Below are positions 1 to 10,503 of a stretch of 34,820 nucleotides of DNA, piece after piece (position 1 is the stretch's first letter; each line of letters begins with the position of its first letter). Source of the stretch: a virus (lineage: Duplodnaviria > Heunggongvirae > Uroviricota > Caudoviricetes); IMG/VR virus record IMGVR_UViG_2698536657_000023, positions 1 to 34,820 of that record. The stretch is one strand, 5' to 3'. A program made the translations under genes and the position numbers. The notes beneath the pieces were generated by a model. That model was not told the origin of the DNA and did not search any database. It saw only the letters and a list, made by a program, of their open reading frames with translations.

Positions 1-1167
1 TCAGGCCTTATGGTGGAAATAATCACTCAGGCGAGAAAACATGCTGCCTTCCCCAACAGATTCCAGGGTAACCAGCGGCCAGTGCGCCACCTGTTTATCA
101 CGGTCGTAAAGTTCAATTTCCCCTACCCGCTGATGGGCGCTAATTGGCGCGGTGAGTTCTTTACCATCAAGGGTATATTTGGCTTTGATATGTGGAATTT
201 CGGCTTTCGGTAGTACCATCCAGAACTCTTGTTCTGTTCCCAGGGCGATATTTTCTTTATCGCCATACCAGATGCGTTCCGTACCGACCTTTTTCCCACG
301 GTGCAAAATTTGCACCGTAGTAAAGTTTTGTTGCCCCCAACGCAGTAATTTTCTTGCCTCTTCCTCACGACCTTTTGCACTGTCAGCCCCCATTACCACT
401 GCAATGAGACGACGCTGCCCATCTACAGCCGAAGCAATGAGGTTAAAACCGGCACCAGAAGTATGACCCGTTTTCAGGCCGTCAACATTCATGGTTTTAT
501 CCCACAACAACCCGTTACGGTTTTGCTGGGTGATACCGTTCCAGGTGAGACTTTTCTCACTGTACATATGATAAAACTCGGGCTCGCCGTGGATGATAGC
601 GCGAGAAAGCACAGCTAAATCATAAGCCGAGCTATGCTGGCCAGGTGCATCCAGACCATGCACTGTTTCAAAATGCGTATCCTTGAGATGCAGCTTCTCG
701 GCATAGTTGTTCATCATTTCAACAAACTGCCGTTGCCCACCGGCAATATAGTCAGCCAGAGCAACACAAGCGTCATTTCCGGAATCCACAATTAAACCAC
801 GGCTTAAATCACGTACCGATACGCGATCGCCCTCTTTCAAAAACATCAGTGAAGAACCGACAAACACCGGATTATCTTTCGCCCACGCATCGCGCCCCAC
901 GGTGACAATATCGTCTGGCGTAATGCGATGACTATCGATAGCGCGATCCACGACATAACCCGTCATCAGCTTTGTCAGGCTGGCGGGATTGCGCTGTTGA
1001 TGCTCATTACCCGCGGTGAGGATCTGACCGGTGGTGTAATCCATCAGTACCCAGGACCCGGCATGAATCTCTGGAGGCTGAGGTGAAAAAGGAATGTTTT
1101 CCGCCGCAAAACCAGACGATAAGTTAAAAACGAACAAAGAAGCAGCAATAATAAGACGGCGTTTCAA
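1..1167 (-). CDS. dacD: D-alanyl-D-alanine carboxypeptidase DacD (PBP6b), host gene
   Basis: Full-length ORF with signal peptide and the SxxK (SLTK), SGN and KTG motifs of low-MW class A PBPs; product recognised as E. coli DacD. Track start 1173 is an upstream TTG; 1167 (TTG, MKRRLII...) gives the 388-aa protein. Confidence 0.9.
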   Translation of the reverse strand: MKRRLIIAASLFVFNLSSGFAAENIPFSPQPPEIHAGSWVLMDYTTGQILTAGNEHQQRNPASLTKLMTGYVVDRAIDSHRITPDDIVTVGRDAWAKDNPVFVGSSLMFLKEGDRVSVRDLSRGLIVDSGNDACVALADYIAGGQRQFVEMMNNYAEKLHLKDTHFETVHGLDAPGQHSSAYDLAVLSRAIIHGEPEFYHMYSEKSLTWNGITQQNRNGLLWDKTMNVDGLKTGHTSGAGFNLIASAVDGQRRLIAVVMGADSAKGREEEARKLLRWGQQNFTTVQILHRGKKVGTERIWYGDKENIALGTEQEFWMVLPKAEIPHIKAKYTLDGKELTAPISAHQRVGEIELYDRDKQVAHWPLVTLESVGEGSMFSRLSDYFHHKA

Positions 1168-1846
1168 CAGCAAACCCTCAGGAGTTTCAAATAGCTGTTC
1201 TTTTTACGGAAATACTTATGAACTGGCTGGAATAAAGTGCAAGAAAATGTGACTACCCTCTCATTTTTATCTGACATGATCTGTTGCCACTCGCTGCCAA
1301 ATTGTGGCGCTAAAGCTGATTAGCACGGTGATATTTGATACTCTGGCAGACAGCAGAAATAACGGATTTAACCTAATGATGAATGACGGTAAGCAACAAT
1401 CTACCTTTTTGTTTCACGATTACGCGCAACACCCCTGAGAACCGCCATGAACAAGGGTTTCATGATTTGTGATTTTAGTTTGGTACGCAATTTGGTACAC
1501 AACACAATTTTCACTTCAGCGGGTAGTCATCAAACTCACCATAACGAGCATCGTTAATGATGTATGTGATCACCACAAATATCACATCTGGACTAGTTCC
1601 GTCTTCATGCGCAGGTATCTGTTCACGCCTCCCTTTCTGCAAATCCTAAAGATGAGATTTTGGGGTTTTGGGATATCTTTTTATCCTCAGTTCTCTATCA
1701 ATTCTACAAAGCAGTAATGAACCATCACTATGTGATAGTGAGGCATCCGCTACATTAAGCGCAGAGAAATGATGCAGTGGTGGGCGGACTGGCTTGATGA
1801 AAAGGTGGAGTGATGGTTATTCTAAATAAAAATAATGCATTAATTT

Positions 1847-1871
1847 AGCCCTTACATTATCTGTAAGGGCT
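1847..1871 (-). terminator. Stem-loop 13 nt downstream of tailspike stop; putative end of late operon
   Basis: 10-bp perfect inverted repeat agcccttaca/tgtaagggct with 5-nt loop, followed on the minus strand by a T-rich tract; not a clean U-run. Confidence 0.4.
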
Positions 1872-1883
1872 TTGCCTTAAAAA

Positions 1884-3731
1884 TTAAAAAAACTCTTTTC
1901 CTGTTGTAAACATGCCTTCGGGAAGACGCGCACCGTTAACTGAAGAAAATATAGGACCATAATATTGCTTGTTATAGCTTTGTTGAAATGAAATATATCC
2001 ACCACCATATCCGTTATCTGACATATTTACTTGCGAAAAATAACAATTAATTGTTGACGCATCAATATCTCTAAACTGCTGCATGAATCCGCATTGGCCA
2101 ACAACAACATCACCATCATCTTCTTTTTTTGTTAAAATAGGAAGGTGAATCCAGTTAAAATTCCTTGCGCTCGTAGCCATATGTGTATACACGCGCTCGC
2201 AAATAATATCATCACCAGATGTTTTATTTATTGCATAATTTGTCACGTTTGCTCCATCGCCAAATATAGTTTCAGCAACATAGCTATATGTAGATGACGA
2301 AACTGTAAGCGTTGATGCTGTATGTAGTGTTACATGCCTTGATAAGAGCAATTTAGGAGCATAACCAGAATCAAGGTTAAAGGATGCATTTTCTGTCCTC
2401 AACCTTTGAAGAAAATCACTATGACCACCATGGTATGTACCGAAGAACTTTCCAGTTGATAATTCTTTTGCAGCAAACTCTGTTGCTCCATTCCCACCGA
2501 AGTAATATGAAGGCCCCCCATTCACAAAAGGAGTTATTGTTGCTATAAAATTGTCATAATCTAGTAATTCACAACATCCAAGGCTAAAAACGTTTAGCCC
2601 AACGAGATTTGCAGGTTGAAGCGTTGTCGTATCTGTATTTTCAACTTTAAGATACCAAGTTCCTCCAAGTCCATTTATTTCAATATCAATAGGAAGTGGT
2701 GGCTGACCACCTGGTAATATTTTTGTGTCAACGATCTTTTGCGTTGTCCAGTCAGTGTTGTTTCTGCTTATTGATATTGTTACTGACTTACTTGATGCAT
2801 TAGAGCATGCAAGTCTGACATGCGCTATGCTATTTGTTAACATATATGTTACATAAGCGTTTGTGGAAATTGAATAAACTTGAGGTGTGTTAAGGGTGAA
2901 ATCACCTTGTTCTGTTTCCGCGTGTATAGCGTCATCTGTTTTAGAAAAGCCATACAATGTACTTATTTGAGATTCAGTAAATGAAGATAGGGAGACGCCA
3001 GTGTCACTTTTTGTATGTGGTGATAATTTTGCGATAACTGCATCACTTACCATATATACACTTCCAGGCCTAAAAGGTGATGCCCCGCCATAGTTATTCG
3101 AGTCTGATGGTGAAACCTCATTTGTTACTCTATGAGAAATATATTTTCCTTTCCCATGACATCTTTTACTTATAATATAAAAGTCATTAGAATTTTCATC
3201 TTTGACTATTGCTTTTATGTGTGTTGTTATTGTAGGTGATGTTGGGGGGATGATTGATGTCACAAAGTTAACATCTATAGATTTTCGCACATTAATAAAT
3301 TCATCATCTATACTAGTAATTTTATCTTTTAACGTTCCATCTTCATATCCAATATTTTCAGTCCCATCAGGACCTGCGAGAGACTTTGATAGTTGATCCG
3401 GGTCATACTTCAGAACATTCGGAAAATAGAACTGCTGCGCACCATACGCATCATAAACAGCCATAGAGTGGCCTTGCACGGTTACAAACTTGGCAATCTG
3501 TCCGTTATATACCGGATATCCAGAAGCGTTAATGATGATTGGTTGCGAAACAGGAACGTGAGAACCGTCTTCATTTTCCACATAAACCTGAATCTGGTTT
3601 TCATGATTTACCGGGTCAGTGTCAATTTTACCGATATAAATTTTACCATTAGCTACGGCTTTAAAAGAACGAGCCATAGTGAAGAGTTGCGAAGGCATTC
3701 CTATAACCACATTTGGTGTTATATTAGTCAT
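1884..3731 (-). CDS. Tailspike protein; P22/Sf6-type head-binding N-domain with divergent receptor-binding body
   Basis: Residues MTNITPNVVIGMPSQLFTMARSFKAVANGKIYIGKIDTDPVN...VLKYDPDQ match the conserved N-terminal head-binding domain of P22 gp9/Sf6 tailspike. Start set at the internal ATG (3731) preceded by AGGA; the track ORF extends to 3833 in frame. Last gene of the late operon, as in P22. Confidence 0.85.
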   Translation of the reverse strand: MTNITPNVVIGMPSQLFTMARSFKAVANGKIYIGKIDTDPVNHENQIQVYVENEDGSHVPVSQPIIINASGYPVYNGQIAKFVTVQGHSMAVYDAYGAQQFYFPNVLKYDPDQLSKSLAGPDGTENIGYEDGTLKDKITSIDDEFINVRKSIDVNFVTSIIPPTSPTITTHIKAIVKDENSNDFYIISKRCHGKGKYISHRVTNEVSPSDSNNYGGASPFRPGSVYMVSDAVIAKLSPHTKSDTGVSLSSFTESQISTLYGFSKTDDAIHAETEQGDFTLNTPQVYSISTNAYVTYMLTNSIAHVRLACSNASSKSVTISISRNNTDWTTQKIVDTKILPGGQPPLPIDIEINGLGGTWYLKVENTDTTTLQPANLVGLNVFSLGCCELLDYDNFIATITPFVNGGPSYYFGGNGATEFAAKELSTGKFFGTYHGGHSDFLQRLRTENASFNLDSGYAPKLLLSRHVTLHTASTLTVSSSTYSYVAETIFGDGANVTNYAINKTSGDDIICERVYTHMATSARNFNWIHLPILTKKEDDGDVVVGQCGFMQQFRDIDASTINCYFSQVNMSDNGYGGGYISFQQSYNKQYYGPIFSSVNGARLPEGMFTTGKEFF

Positions 3732-3922
3732 GTGTGCAATCCTATTAGACTTGTTTGATAAAGAAGATAATGGAGTTAATGCTACAAATGACGCTATTGA
3801 TTTGAAAAATGATCTTCTATTCATATTAAACACACATTAATGCAGAAAATTTGCATTAATGTAAGCAAAAAGCGCAATCAACTCCATAGCAATTTAATTT
3901 TTAACTGTAATTTACATCTACA

Positions 3923-5920
3923 TTACCATGACAACGCATCAGACTTAGCCCCCTGCGTCATAGCGTTAATGGCCTTTTGCGCCTGCTGCATGGCTTTCTC
4001 GAACACTGTTGATCCGCGTGGGGTGTTTGCCATTCGGAGCATTGCATTTCTGAATGGCTCGCTCTCATAGGCGCGAGTAAGAAGTCCGTAGCTTACTGCT
4101 GCGCCAGTTGTTGCAGGGTTCATTGCCGTCCCATACCCGATAATGAACGGGATGGTTTGCTGGCCTGTTGGTGTTGTTACTGCCGCTTTTGCAGCCTGCT
4201 GCGTGGATTGCAGGTAGTTTTTTAATCCTTTCAGATAAGCAGCGTCCTGCCCCTTAAATGTGATGCCAGTCTGGTTTTGCAGGATGTTAAGCTGCCGAAG
4301 GAACTGGTCAGGGGATCCGCCAGATTTCTCCATCGCCTTTCCAATGATGCCATTGCGCATTTGCGCCCTGCCAACACGACCAACTGAGTTATACAGCGTC
4401 TTAATTTCCGATTTGTTCTTGCTGAATAGCATGTTGTTGACAACTTCCGGCGTCAGGTCTCCTTTCATGAGAACATTCTTCAGCCTGGTATTCTTTAGTT
4501 TCGCCGCTTCGTCAGCGTAGACGGCATTGGCCTGCTGATATTTACGGAGAGTATCGTTGCCAAGATTCTGACCAATGGCACCATTGATATCGTCGGTCAT
4601 CGCCTTGTAAACACGTTGAATGGCGGCATCGGAACGGTTTGGTAACACTGGTCGCTCCCCCTTCACGTCCATTCTGAACTGGCTGCGCAGATCGCTTAAT
4701 TGCTTCAAATCCAGATTAACCGGACCATCAGGGCCAGCATTGCGAACAAGCTCATCACGATATGACTGAAGTTTTGAAATTGTCTCGTTATCAGCTACCT
4801 TACCAAGCTTCTGCAGATTAGATATTTCTGTATCAATCTGCTGAATTGCTCGCGCAGGCTGAATGTTTACTCCAGCCATAGCATTCTGAACCTGCTCCAG
4901 TCGATTACCGGCGGCACGACGAATTCCTGATGTTTTCGCTTTAAGGCTGTCAATAACAACAGATGGATCATACTCACCGAATTTATCAGCAAATCTCTGC
5001 ACCAACTGACTTCTCGCTTCCTGTTGCGTTGCTCTCATTCCGCTTGTGCCAGCCAGGGGGATATTTTCTGCTGTAGTCTGCGCCATTTTCCCGACGCGGG
5101 AAGTAGGCTGTAACAGGTCTGTGGTGTGCAGAGGAACTCCTTCACGCTCTGCAAATCTGATAGCCTGCTGCGCTTCTGGCGCAATAGCACCACGAACGCC
5201 ACGATAAGCAGCACCTAATCCACGTCCGGCAGCGTTAATAGCACCGCCAGCCAACACACCAACGCCTAAATCGGTGGCGAGTGCTTCCGCATCATCTTTC
5301 GCACTATTTGCAGCAAGTGATCCAACTGCGTTTTCTGCGAGAAGTCGTGTTGCCCCATGAGCAATTCGACCAGCAAGTGTTGGTGCCTGTGTTGCCGCCC
5401 TCTCAACGCCAGCAGGAGTGAGGTAAGGCAATGCTTCAGCAAATACCCTTCCCTCTGTCGTTTGTGGCGTCAGCGCGCCTTGCTGAAGGCCAAAGTCCTG
5501 CTCTAATCCCTGCGTTGTTACTCGTGGTGCTGGTTGATATGTACCATCGCCAATGCCGAGTTTACCGCCAGCCCAAGCCGCCGCGCTTGTTACAGCATCG
5601 GCAACTGATGCAGGTATGTTTGCCACGTTCACGCCAGCCTGCACCAGTCCGCGACCAGTCTCTTTCACTGCTTCACCAAGATCAGGCATAAATCCACTTT
5701 GCTGTGGTTGTTGCTGTGCTACTGGTTGCTGTGTCTCCACTGGCTGCACAGATGGCAATGGATAGGCTGCATAGAAAGCTTGCTTAGCCTGCTCTGCATT
5801 TTCTCCGGCTTGCGGGGCCACGACTTCATTGAAGTATTGCTCCTGAGCCTGCGCTTTTTGTTCTGGTGCTAACGCCTGATACTGTGGAGAGGCGATAACA
5901 TCTTTCCATGCTTTAGCCAT
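3923..5920 (-). CDS. DNA ejection/injection protein, P22 gp16-like
   Basis: 665-aa Ala/Gly/Gln-rich protein in the third ejection-protein position after gp7 and gp20 homologues; start overlaps upstream stop (TAATG). Confidence 0.75.
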   Translation of the reverse strand: MAKAWKDVIASPQYQALAPEQKAQAQEQYFNEVVAPQAGENAEQAKQAFYAAYPLPSVQPVETQQPVAQQQPQQSGFMPDLGEAVKETGRGLVQAGVNVANIPASVADAVTSAAAWAGGKLGIGDGTYQPAPRVTTQGLEQDFGLQQGALTPQTTEGRVFAEALPYLTPAGVERAATQAPTLAGRIAHGATRLLAENAVGSLAANSAKDDAEALATDLGVGVLAGGAINAAGRGLGAAYRGVRGAIAPEAQQAIRFAEREGVPLHTTDLLQPTSRVGKMAQTTAENIPLAGTSGMRATQQEARSQLVQRFADKFGEYDPSVVIDSLKAKTSGIRRAAGNRLEQVQNAMAGVNIQPARAIQQIDTEISNLQKLGKVADNETISKLQSYRDELVRNAGPDGPVNLDLKQLSDLRSQFRMDVKGERPVLPNRSDAAIQRVYKAMTDDINGAIGQNLGNDTLRKYQQANAVYADEAAKLKNTRLKNVLMKGDLTPEVVNNMLFSKNKSEIKTLYNSVGRVGRAQMRNGIIGKAMEKSGGSPDQFLRQLNILQNQTGITFKGQDAAYLKGLKNYLQSTQQAAKAAVTTPTGQQTIPFIIGYGTAMNPATTGAAVSYGLLTRAYESEPFRNAMLRMANTPRGSTVFEKAMQQAQKAINAMTQGAKSDALSW

Positions 5921-7215
5921 TAATCACCCCATAGTGAAGAAAAATTACTGCCAGTAGTAGGTTGTTGCGCTGGCGTATTCTGTACTGGCTCCTGATAATC
6001 AAACTGTTTTTTAACAGTGCTCAACTTGCTTTCAAGCTGATTTCTAATCTTTCCGATAGAGTCACGAAAAGCCTTTTCACTCATTTTGGGGCTTAGGGCA
6101 CCAACCGCATCGGATAATTTTTTACCCTCAGCATCTGAAAGAGCACCCATACCCTTCAGGGACTGCACCATAGGAAGGAATGTTTGAGCTTTAAAGGTGT
6201 CGAGCCTTGCTTCAAAGTTAGCCGCATCAGAGCCAGGAACTGTCGGAAACGCTGAGCGAATTCCTACTGCTTTTGAAAGGCCGGGGCTTTGCTCTATCTC
6301 GTTGAGAGAATCAAGCGCGGTGCTGAACGTATCAACTGCACCCTGAGCGGCGGCCTGCCTGTCAGCGCGGGCTATGTCAGCCTTTTGCCGAACATCTGCC
6401 TGTTTCTGTTTTAGCTCTTCAAGCTTTAACTGATTGCTTTCTCTGGCTATCTGTCTGTCCAGAGCCTTTTCTTGTAATTCTGCTCTTTGTATTTCTCGGG
6501 AAAGAGCAGCATTCTGTGCGCTGATGTTCTGTCCACGTATCTGGATGTCCTGACCTCGAGCTGTTAGTGCTTCACCTGCCTGATTGCTGCGGATTGTCTC
6601 TGCCAGCCTGCCTCGGTCAATCTCACGACCAGCCATCTTGTCCTGAACATTGAAGTAATCAATCGGACCAAGCGCGGCCATTCCAAGGTGATCAACAAAC
6701 TCACCAAATCCTGAAGGATTCTGCTGATACATCTGAGCAACGTTATTAGGGTCAACACCGACGCGCGCCAGCTCATTGGCGTTGTTTTGCAGCCATGATT
6801 GCATTGCTTCTGGAGACGATGACGCAAGGCGTGCGCCAGCCGCTAAGGTGCCGATAGAATTACGCTGATCTTCATCAATGAATCCCATGCCTTTACGAAC
6901 GGATTCAATCTGTTCTGGATATTGAGTAGCCAACTGACGCAAAGCTCCGCGATCACCAGACGCATAAGCATTAGCGTACGCCTGCTGAAATTCTTTCTGC
7001 CGCTGAGCCTGCTTTTCCTGCTGAAACACCCCTGCAATACCTGAAAGACCTTGCAAAGCAGTCAGCCCAACATTGTTAGCGCCTGAACGCTCAATATCAT
7101 TGTTCTGCCTGATAAGCTGAAGCGTATTGCCGATGTCATTTACGCTCGGAGCGTTTGAGTTGACGCCGCCGATACCAGCTAACAATCCGCCATTTGATCC
7201 TTGCCAAGTAGCCAT
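5920..7215 (-). CDS. DNA ejection protein, P22 gp20-like
   Basis: 431-aa protein, coiled-coil and Gln/Ala-rich, in the conserved position between gp7-like and gp16-like genes. Confidence 0.7.
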   Translation of the reverse strand: MATWQGSNGGLLAGIGGVNSNAPSVNDIGNTLQLIRQNNDIERSGANNVGLTALQGLSGIAGVFQQEKQAQRQKEFQQAYANAYASGDRGALRQLATQYPEQIESVRKGMGFIDEDQRNSIGTLAAGARLASSSPEAMQSWLQNNANELARVGVDPNNVAQMYQQNPSGFGEFVDHLGMAALGPIDYFNVQDKMAGREIDRGRLAETIRSNQAGEALTARGQDIQIRGQNISAQNAALSREIQRAELQEKALDRQIARESNQLKLEELKQKQADVRQKADIARADRQAAAQGAVDTFSTALDSLNEIEQSPGLSKAVGIRSAFPTVPGSDAANFEARLDTFKAQTFLPMVQSLKGMGALSDAEGKKLSDAVGALSPKMSEKAFRDSIGKIRNQLESKLSTVKKQFDYQEPVQNTPAQQPTTGSNFSSLWGD

Positions 7216-7224
7216 GATTACCCC

Positions 7225-7917
7225 TTAAAACAACGAGCCAAGCAATCCGATACCAGCACCAATGCCAGCGCCCCAAGGTGTTGATGTTCCCAAAAGGCTG
7301 GCAAGACCTGCACCGGCAATCGCACCAGACGTTCCGCCACTAATTGCTGTCTGAAGACTTGATGGTTTGTTGGCATTAGCAGCGGCAAGAGCTGCGCTTT
7401 GCTGTGCAATGCTGCTCATGTTGTTGGCGTATGTCTGCCCGGCGTTTGCCTGACCTTGCAGCGCACCAAGCCCAACGTTTGCCAGATTATTGTAATTGCT
7501 CATCTGATTTGATAACCAAGACTGACCGAGTGTCGGCGCGATCGTAGCCAGTTGATTGCTTGTGGCTGTCGAACCAAGTCCACCCGTCGCCTCCGCAGCA
7601 GCAAGACTCTGGTAACGAGCCTGACCTGCAAGGTCTTTATACTGCTGAGAGTTGTAATACTGATTAAGTGCCTGCCCCTGACCTTCTAAACTGGAAAGGT
7701 TCTGAAGCTGGTTAACATACTGCTCCGCAAGAGGCGTGAACGGAGCAAGGTTTTTCATGATCGTCTGCCACTGCTGATTTTGCAGGTCTGCGGCATACTT
7801 CTGGGCTTCTGCTGCATACTTTGCGCTTTTATCAGAGCTACCACCTTTCCCGCCTTTTTCAGGGCAATAAGGTTCCTCGCCACGCAGTTTTCTGCCTAGC
7901 TTAAATGCATATAACAT
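7225..7917 (-). CDS. DNA ejection protein, P22 gp7-like
   Basis: 230 aa; N-terminus MLYAFKLGRKLRGEEPYCPEKGGKGGSS resembles P22 gp7; Gly/Ala-rich C-terminus; syntenic. Confidence 0.75.
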   Translation of the reverse strand: MLYAFKLGRKLRGEEPYCPEKGGKGGSSDKSAKYAAEAQKYAADLQNQQWQTIMKNLAPFTPLAEQYVNQLQNLSSLEGQGQALNQYYNSQQYKDLAGQARYQSLAAAEATGGLGSTATSNQLATIAPTLGQSWLSNQMSNYNNLANVGLGALQGQANAGQTYANNMSSIAQQSAALAAANANKPSSLQTAISGGTSGAIAGAGLASLLGTSTPWGAGIGAGIGLLGSLF

Positions 7918-7919
7918 GG

Positions 7920-8375
7920 CTATCTCCTGTGATTCAGGAAGTCGATTAGTTCTTCGCGTGTGGCGCTGTAAAAAGTCACGTCATCCACGCCTTTAAAGTA
8001 TTTCTTGATGGTTCCGACACGCTTAAGGCCAATCATTGCGCAGTAAATCTGCCCGTGGCGGAATTTGCGTGCGGCGAACGATGTGACGCACTGAACGGTG
8101 GTGTTAGTCAGAATGTATCGCCAGAACGCCAGCCCGATTTCCTTGCTGAACCCACGAACCTCTGGCAGGTACATGGCGTGGCAATCGAATGTCAGCGGCT
8201 GAATCTCCTGATAGTAAACAATGCCGCCGAACTGCCCGTGCACGTTCACCTCAAAGTAACGGCAATCAGGTTTGTAGTCGTATCCATCACCGTTATTGCT
8301 CCCGGCGATAATGTCAGGGTGATTTCCGACAGCTTCGATCAGGTCGATGTTTCGCGTTGGTTTGAATGTAATCAT
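7920..8375 (-). CDS. Head assembly protein, P22 gp14-like
   Basis: 151-aa ORF between tail needle and gp7 homologues; start coupled to gp26 stop (ATGA). Confidence 0.6.
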   Translation of the reverse strand: MITFKPTRNIDLIEAVGNHPDIIAGSNNGDGYDYKPDCRYFEVNVHGQFGGIVYYQEIQPLTFDCHAMYLPEVRGFSKEIGLAFWRYILTNTTVQCVTSFAARKFRHGQIYCAMIGLKRVGTIKKYFKGVDDVTFYSATREELIDFLNHRR

Positions 8376-9076
8376 CAGTCAATCAGCCCATGTAATCTAA
8401 GTGCCGTTTCAAGCGCCAGAATACGCTGCCGAGCCTGCTGCAAACCTGTAGCGAGAGCCGCGACTTCGGATTGTGTGTACGTAGTGCCGACCGTGTATGA
8501 CTGGTTAGCGTTGAATGAGCCAAGAAGAGGTGTACCTGTGGCTGCAGTCCATCCGGTCTGCCTTGCTCCAACGACCTGAATTCCATCAACTGAATATGAT
8601 GTTTTTACATCCAGCGGTGACGCAAGAGACTGCGATTCGGTTACGGTTTTCGATACGTAATCACTCTTAATGCCAGAGACATCGTTTTCTACGTTATCCA
8701 GTCTTTGGTCAACAGTGACCAGATGCGCCTGAATATCGATAACCTCATCCAGCAAGTAATCAACATCGCTACGCAGTACGACTATCTTCCCTTCGGCAGT
8801 TGTTAACCTGACCTCAAGTAGATTTATCGCTTTTGTGTTTGCGGTGATTCTTGCATCGTGATCTGCCAGTTCGACGTCCTGTTCATCGTTTTTTACCTGG
8901 GCATCGTAAGCGCCCTGACCAGCCTGATTTGCCTTCCCAGCAATTGCACCGACATCAGCTCCCTGATTTATGACATACAGCAGGTAAGACTGGCTGAATA
9001 TATTGCGTGGCAAAATTGAAGCATCAAGGCGCGTAGCCTGAACCACGACAGGATCATTCAGTGATGAATCAGCCAT
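8375..9076 (-). CDS. Tail needle protein, P22 gp26 family
   Basis: 233 aa, same length as P22 gp26; N-terminus [25 protein letters not shown] and C-terminal end ...LRLHGLID closely match P22 gp26; central coiled coil diverged. Confidence 0.9.
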   Translation of the reverse strand: MADSSLNDPVVVQATRLDASILPRNIFSQSYLLYVINQGADVGAIAGKANQAGQGAYDAQVKNDEQDVELADHDARITANTKAINLLEVRLTTAEGKIVVLRSDVDYLLDEVIDIQAHLVTVDQRLDNVENDVSGIKSDYVSKTVTESQSLASPLDVKTSYSVDGIQVVGARQTGWTAATGTPLLGSFNANQSYTVGTTYTQSEVAALATGLQQARQRILALETALRLHGLID

Positions 9077-10494
9077 TACTCAATCCTTATCTGGCAGCCA
9101 GACAGAGTGACAGGTGACTTCGTGATAACGCGCAATTTGAAGCCGACATTTTTCCTGATGCGCCCTACTCGCTTCCACAAAACACGTTTGTCGTAAACGA
9201 ACGGTTCATTCTGCTCAATCATCTGTTCACGCCCGTAATTTATGCCATCAGTGGTTGCAGATAGGAACAGGCGGTCGGCGTACTGCGCAACACCAGTCGA
9301 TGATTCCACCTCCAGATCGAAGCATCTGGCGTTATCCGCTTTGAACAACGGAGTAAACAGCAGGTGTTCCTGTTGAAGACCATACTGACTGCTGATATCG
9401 AACTGCAATTTGCCGGTAACCGATTCCAGCTTATCGCCGCACGTTATCTGATTGCCTTCGTAAATGAAGTCGATAGCGCGGTACACATCGTCATACAGGC
9501 CTGTTTTCAACACACACCATTGCGGACCATTGGCGCTTGAAGATGCGTCGTACACGAGAACATGGCGAGGAAGGTGGATAATCAGCAACTCATGAGCATC
9601 AAATCGCAGCGATTCCATCACACCATCAGCCAGTTCATCAGCAGTGTAGGAGCGGAGAATTTTCTCAATGCTCGCGCTGGCGATTGGTGACACCTGACCG
9701 GAGCCGATGATGTATACAGACGGCGCACCTGTTGCCGGATTGCTGATGAACGCATAAGAATCAGCAAACGGCGTTTTGCAGTAAGTCCCGGCAATGCCTT
9801 TCTGCACCATCAGCGATGGCTGTGCGACATACAAAGCAGCACCAACTGTGGTTGCGCCAGTCAGGGAGAAATATTCAATTGTCGATGAACCAAAGCAGAC
9901 GATGAAGTCTCGCCATGTTCCGATGCCGACAATACCGTCAGGCTGCGACTCGGCACGATATTGTGCGCTGTAGCGGTCAGGATGCGATTCGTCTTCAAGG
10001 TCAGTGATAAACCATGAATCAGTTCCGTCTTTTGACCACGCATAACGCCCACGTAAGCGTGTAATGTCGCGGACTGAGCCTAACTCATACTGCGTGAATC
10101 CGCTGTCTGTAGGCCAGTTTGAGACGGTTTTAACCGTGCCATCATAGCGATACTCGACCAGTTGACCATTAACGCCTACTGCCTGTGATGTCCTACCGTG
10201 TGCCATTGATACGCGACCACTTCCGGCAACATCACCGACCTCGCTTTCGCCCTTATACAGCTTGCCGCCACACACGCGATAAACAGCACTCTGCGCCATG
10301 TTGTACTCGACGCCGCGCGATACACCGTTCACATCAGAGCGTTTGGCAATGCCCGGGAATGAGCGAAGATATCCGCTGCTGTTCAGGATTTCTTTGGGTG
10401 TAGCCAACATATTCGCTGGCAGATAGTCGATATAGTCGGCGTTTCGAAAGTCTTTGCCGACACCTTTCATAAGCGGAAGTTGCTGAATCGGCAT
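9076..10494 (-). CDS. Tail accessory factor, P22 gp10 family
   Basis: 472 aa, near-identical in length and sequence to P22 gp10 ([16 protein letters not shown]...SGCQIRIE). Confidence 0.9.
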   Translation of the reverse strand: MPIQQLPLMKGVGKDFRNADYIDYLPANMLATPKEILNSSGYLRSFPGIAKRSDVNGVSRGVEYNMAQSAVYRVCGGKLYKGESEVGDVAGSGRVSMAHGRTSQAVGVNGQLVEYRYDGTVKTVSNWPTDSGFTQYELGSVRDITRLRGRYAWSKDGTDSWFITDLEDESHPDRYSAQYRAESQPDGIVGIGTWRDFIVCFGSSTIEYFSLTGATTVGAALYVAQPSLMVQKGIAGTYCKTPFADSYAFISNPATGAPSVYIIGSGQVSPIASASIEKILRSYTADELADGVMESLRFDAHELLIIHLPRHVLVYDASSSANGPQWCVLKTGLYDDVYRAIDFIYEGNQITCGDKLESVTGKLQFDISSQYGLQQEHLLFTPLFKADNARCFDLEVESSTGVAQYADRLFLSATTDGINYGREQMIEQNEPFVYDKRVLWKRVGRIRKNVGFKLRVITKSPVTLSGCQIRIE

Positions 10495-10503
10495 TTATTC
10501 ACC

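Noticed and set aside
1469-1717. 82-aa plus-strand ORF in the dacD-tailspike intergenic region
   Set aside because: AT-rich low-complexity frame with no SD, in the probable promoter/att region; treated as noise.
8055-8579. 174-aa plus-strand ORF antisense to gp14/gp26
   Set aside because: Shadow ORF opposite conserved tail genes.
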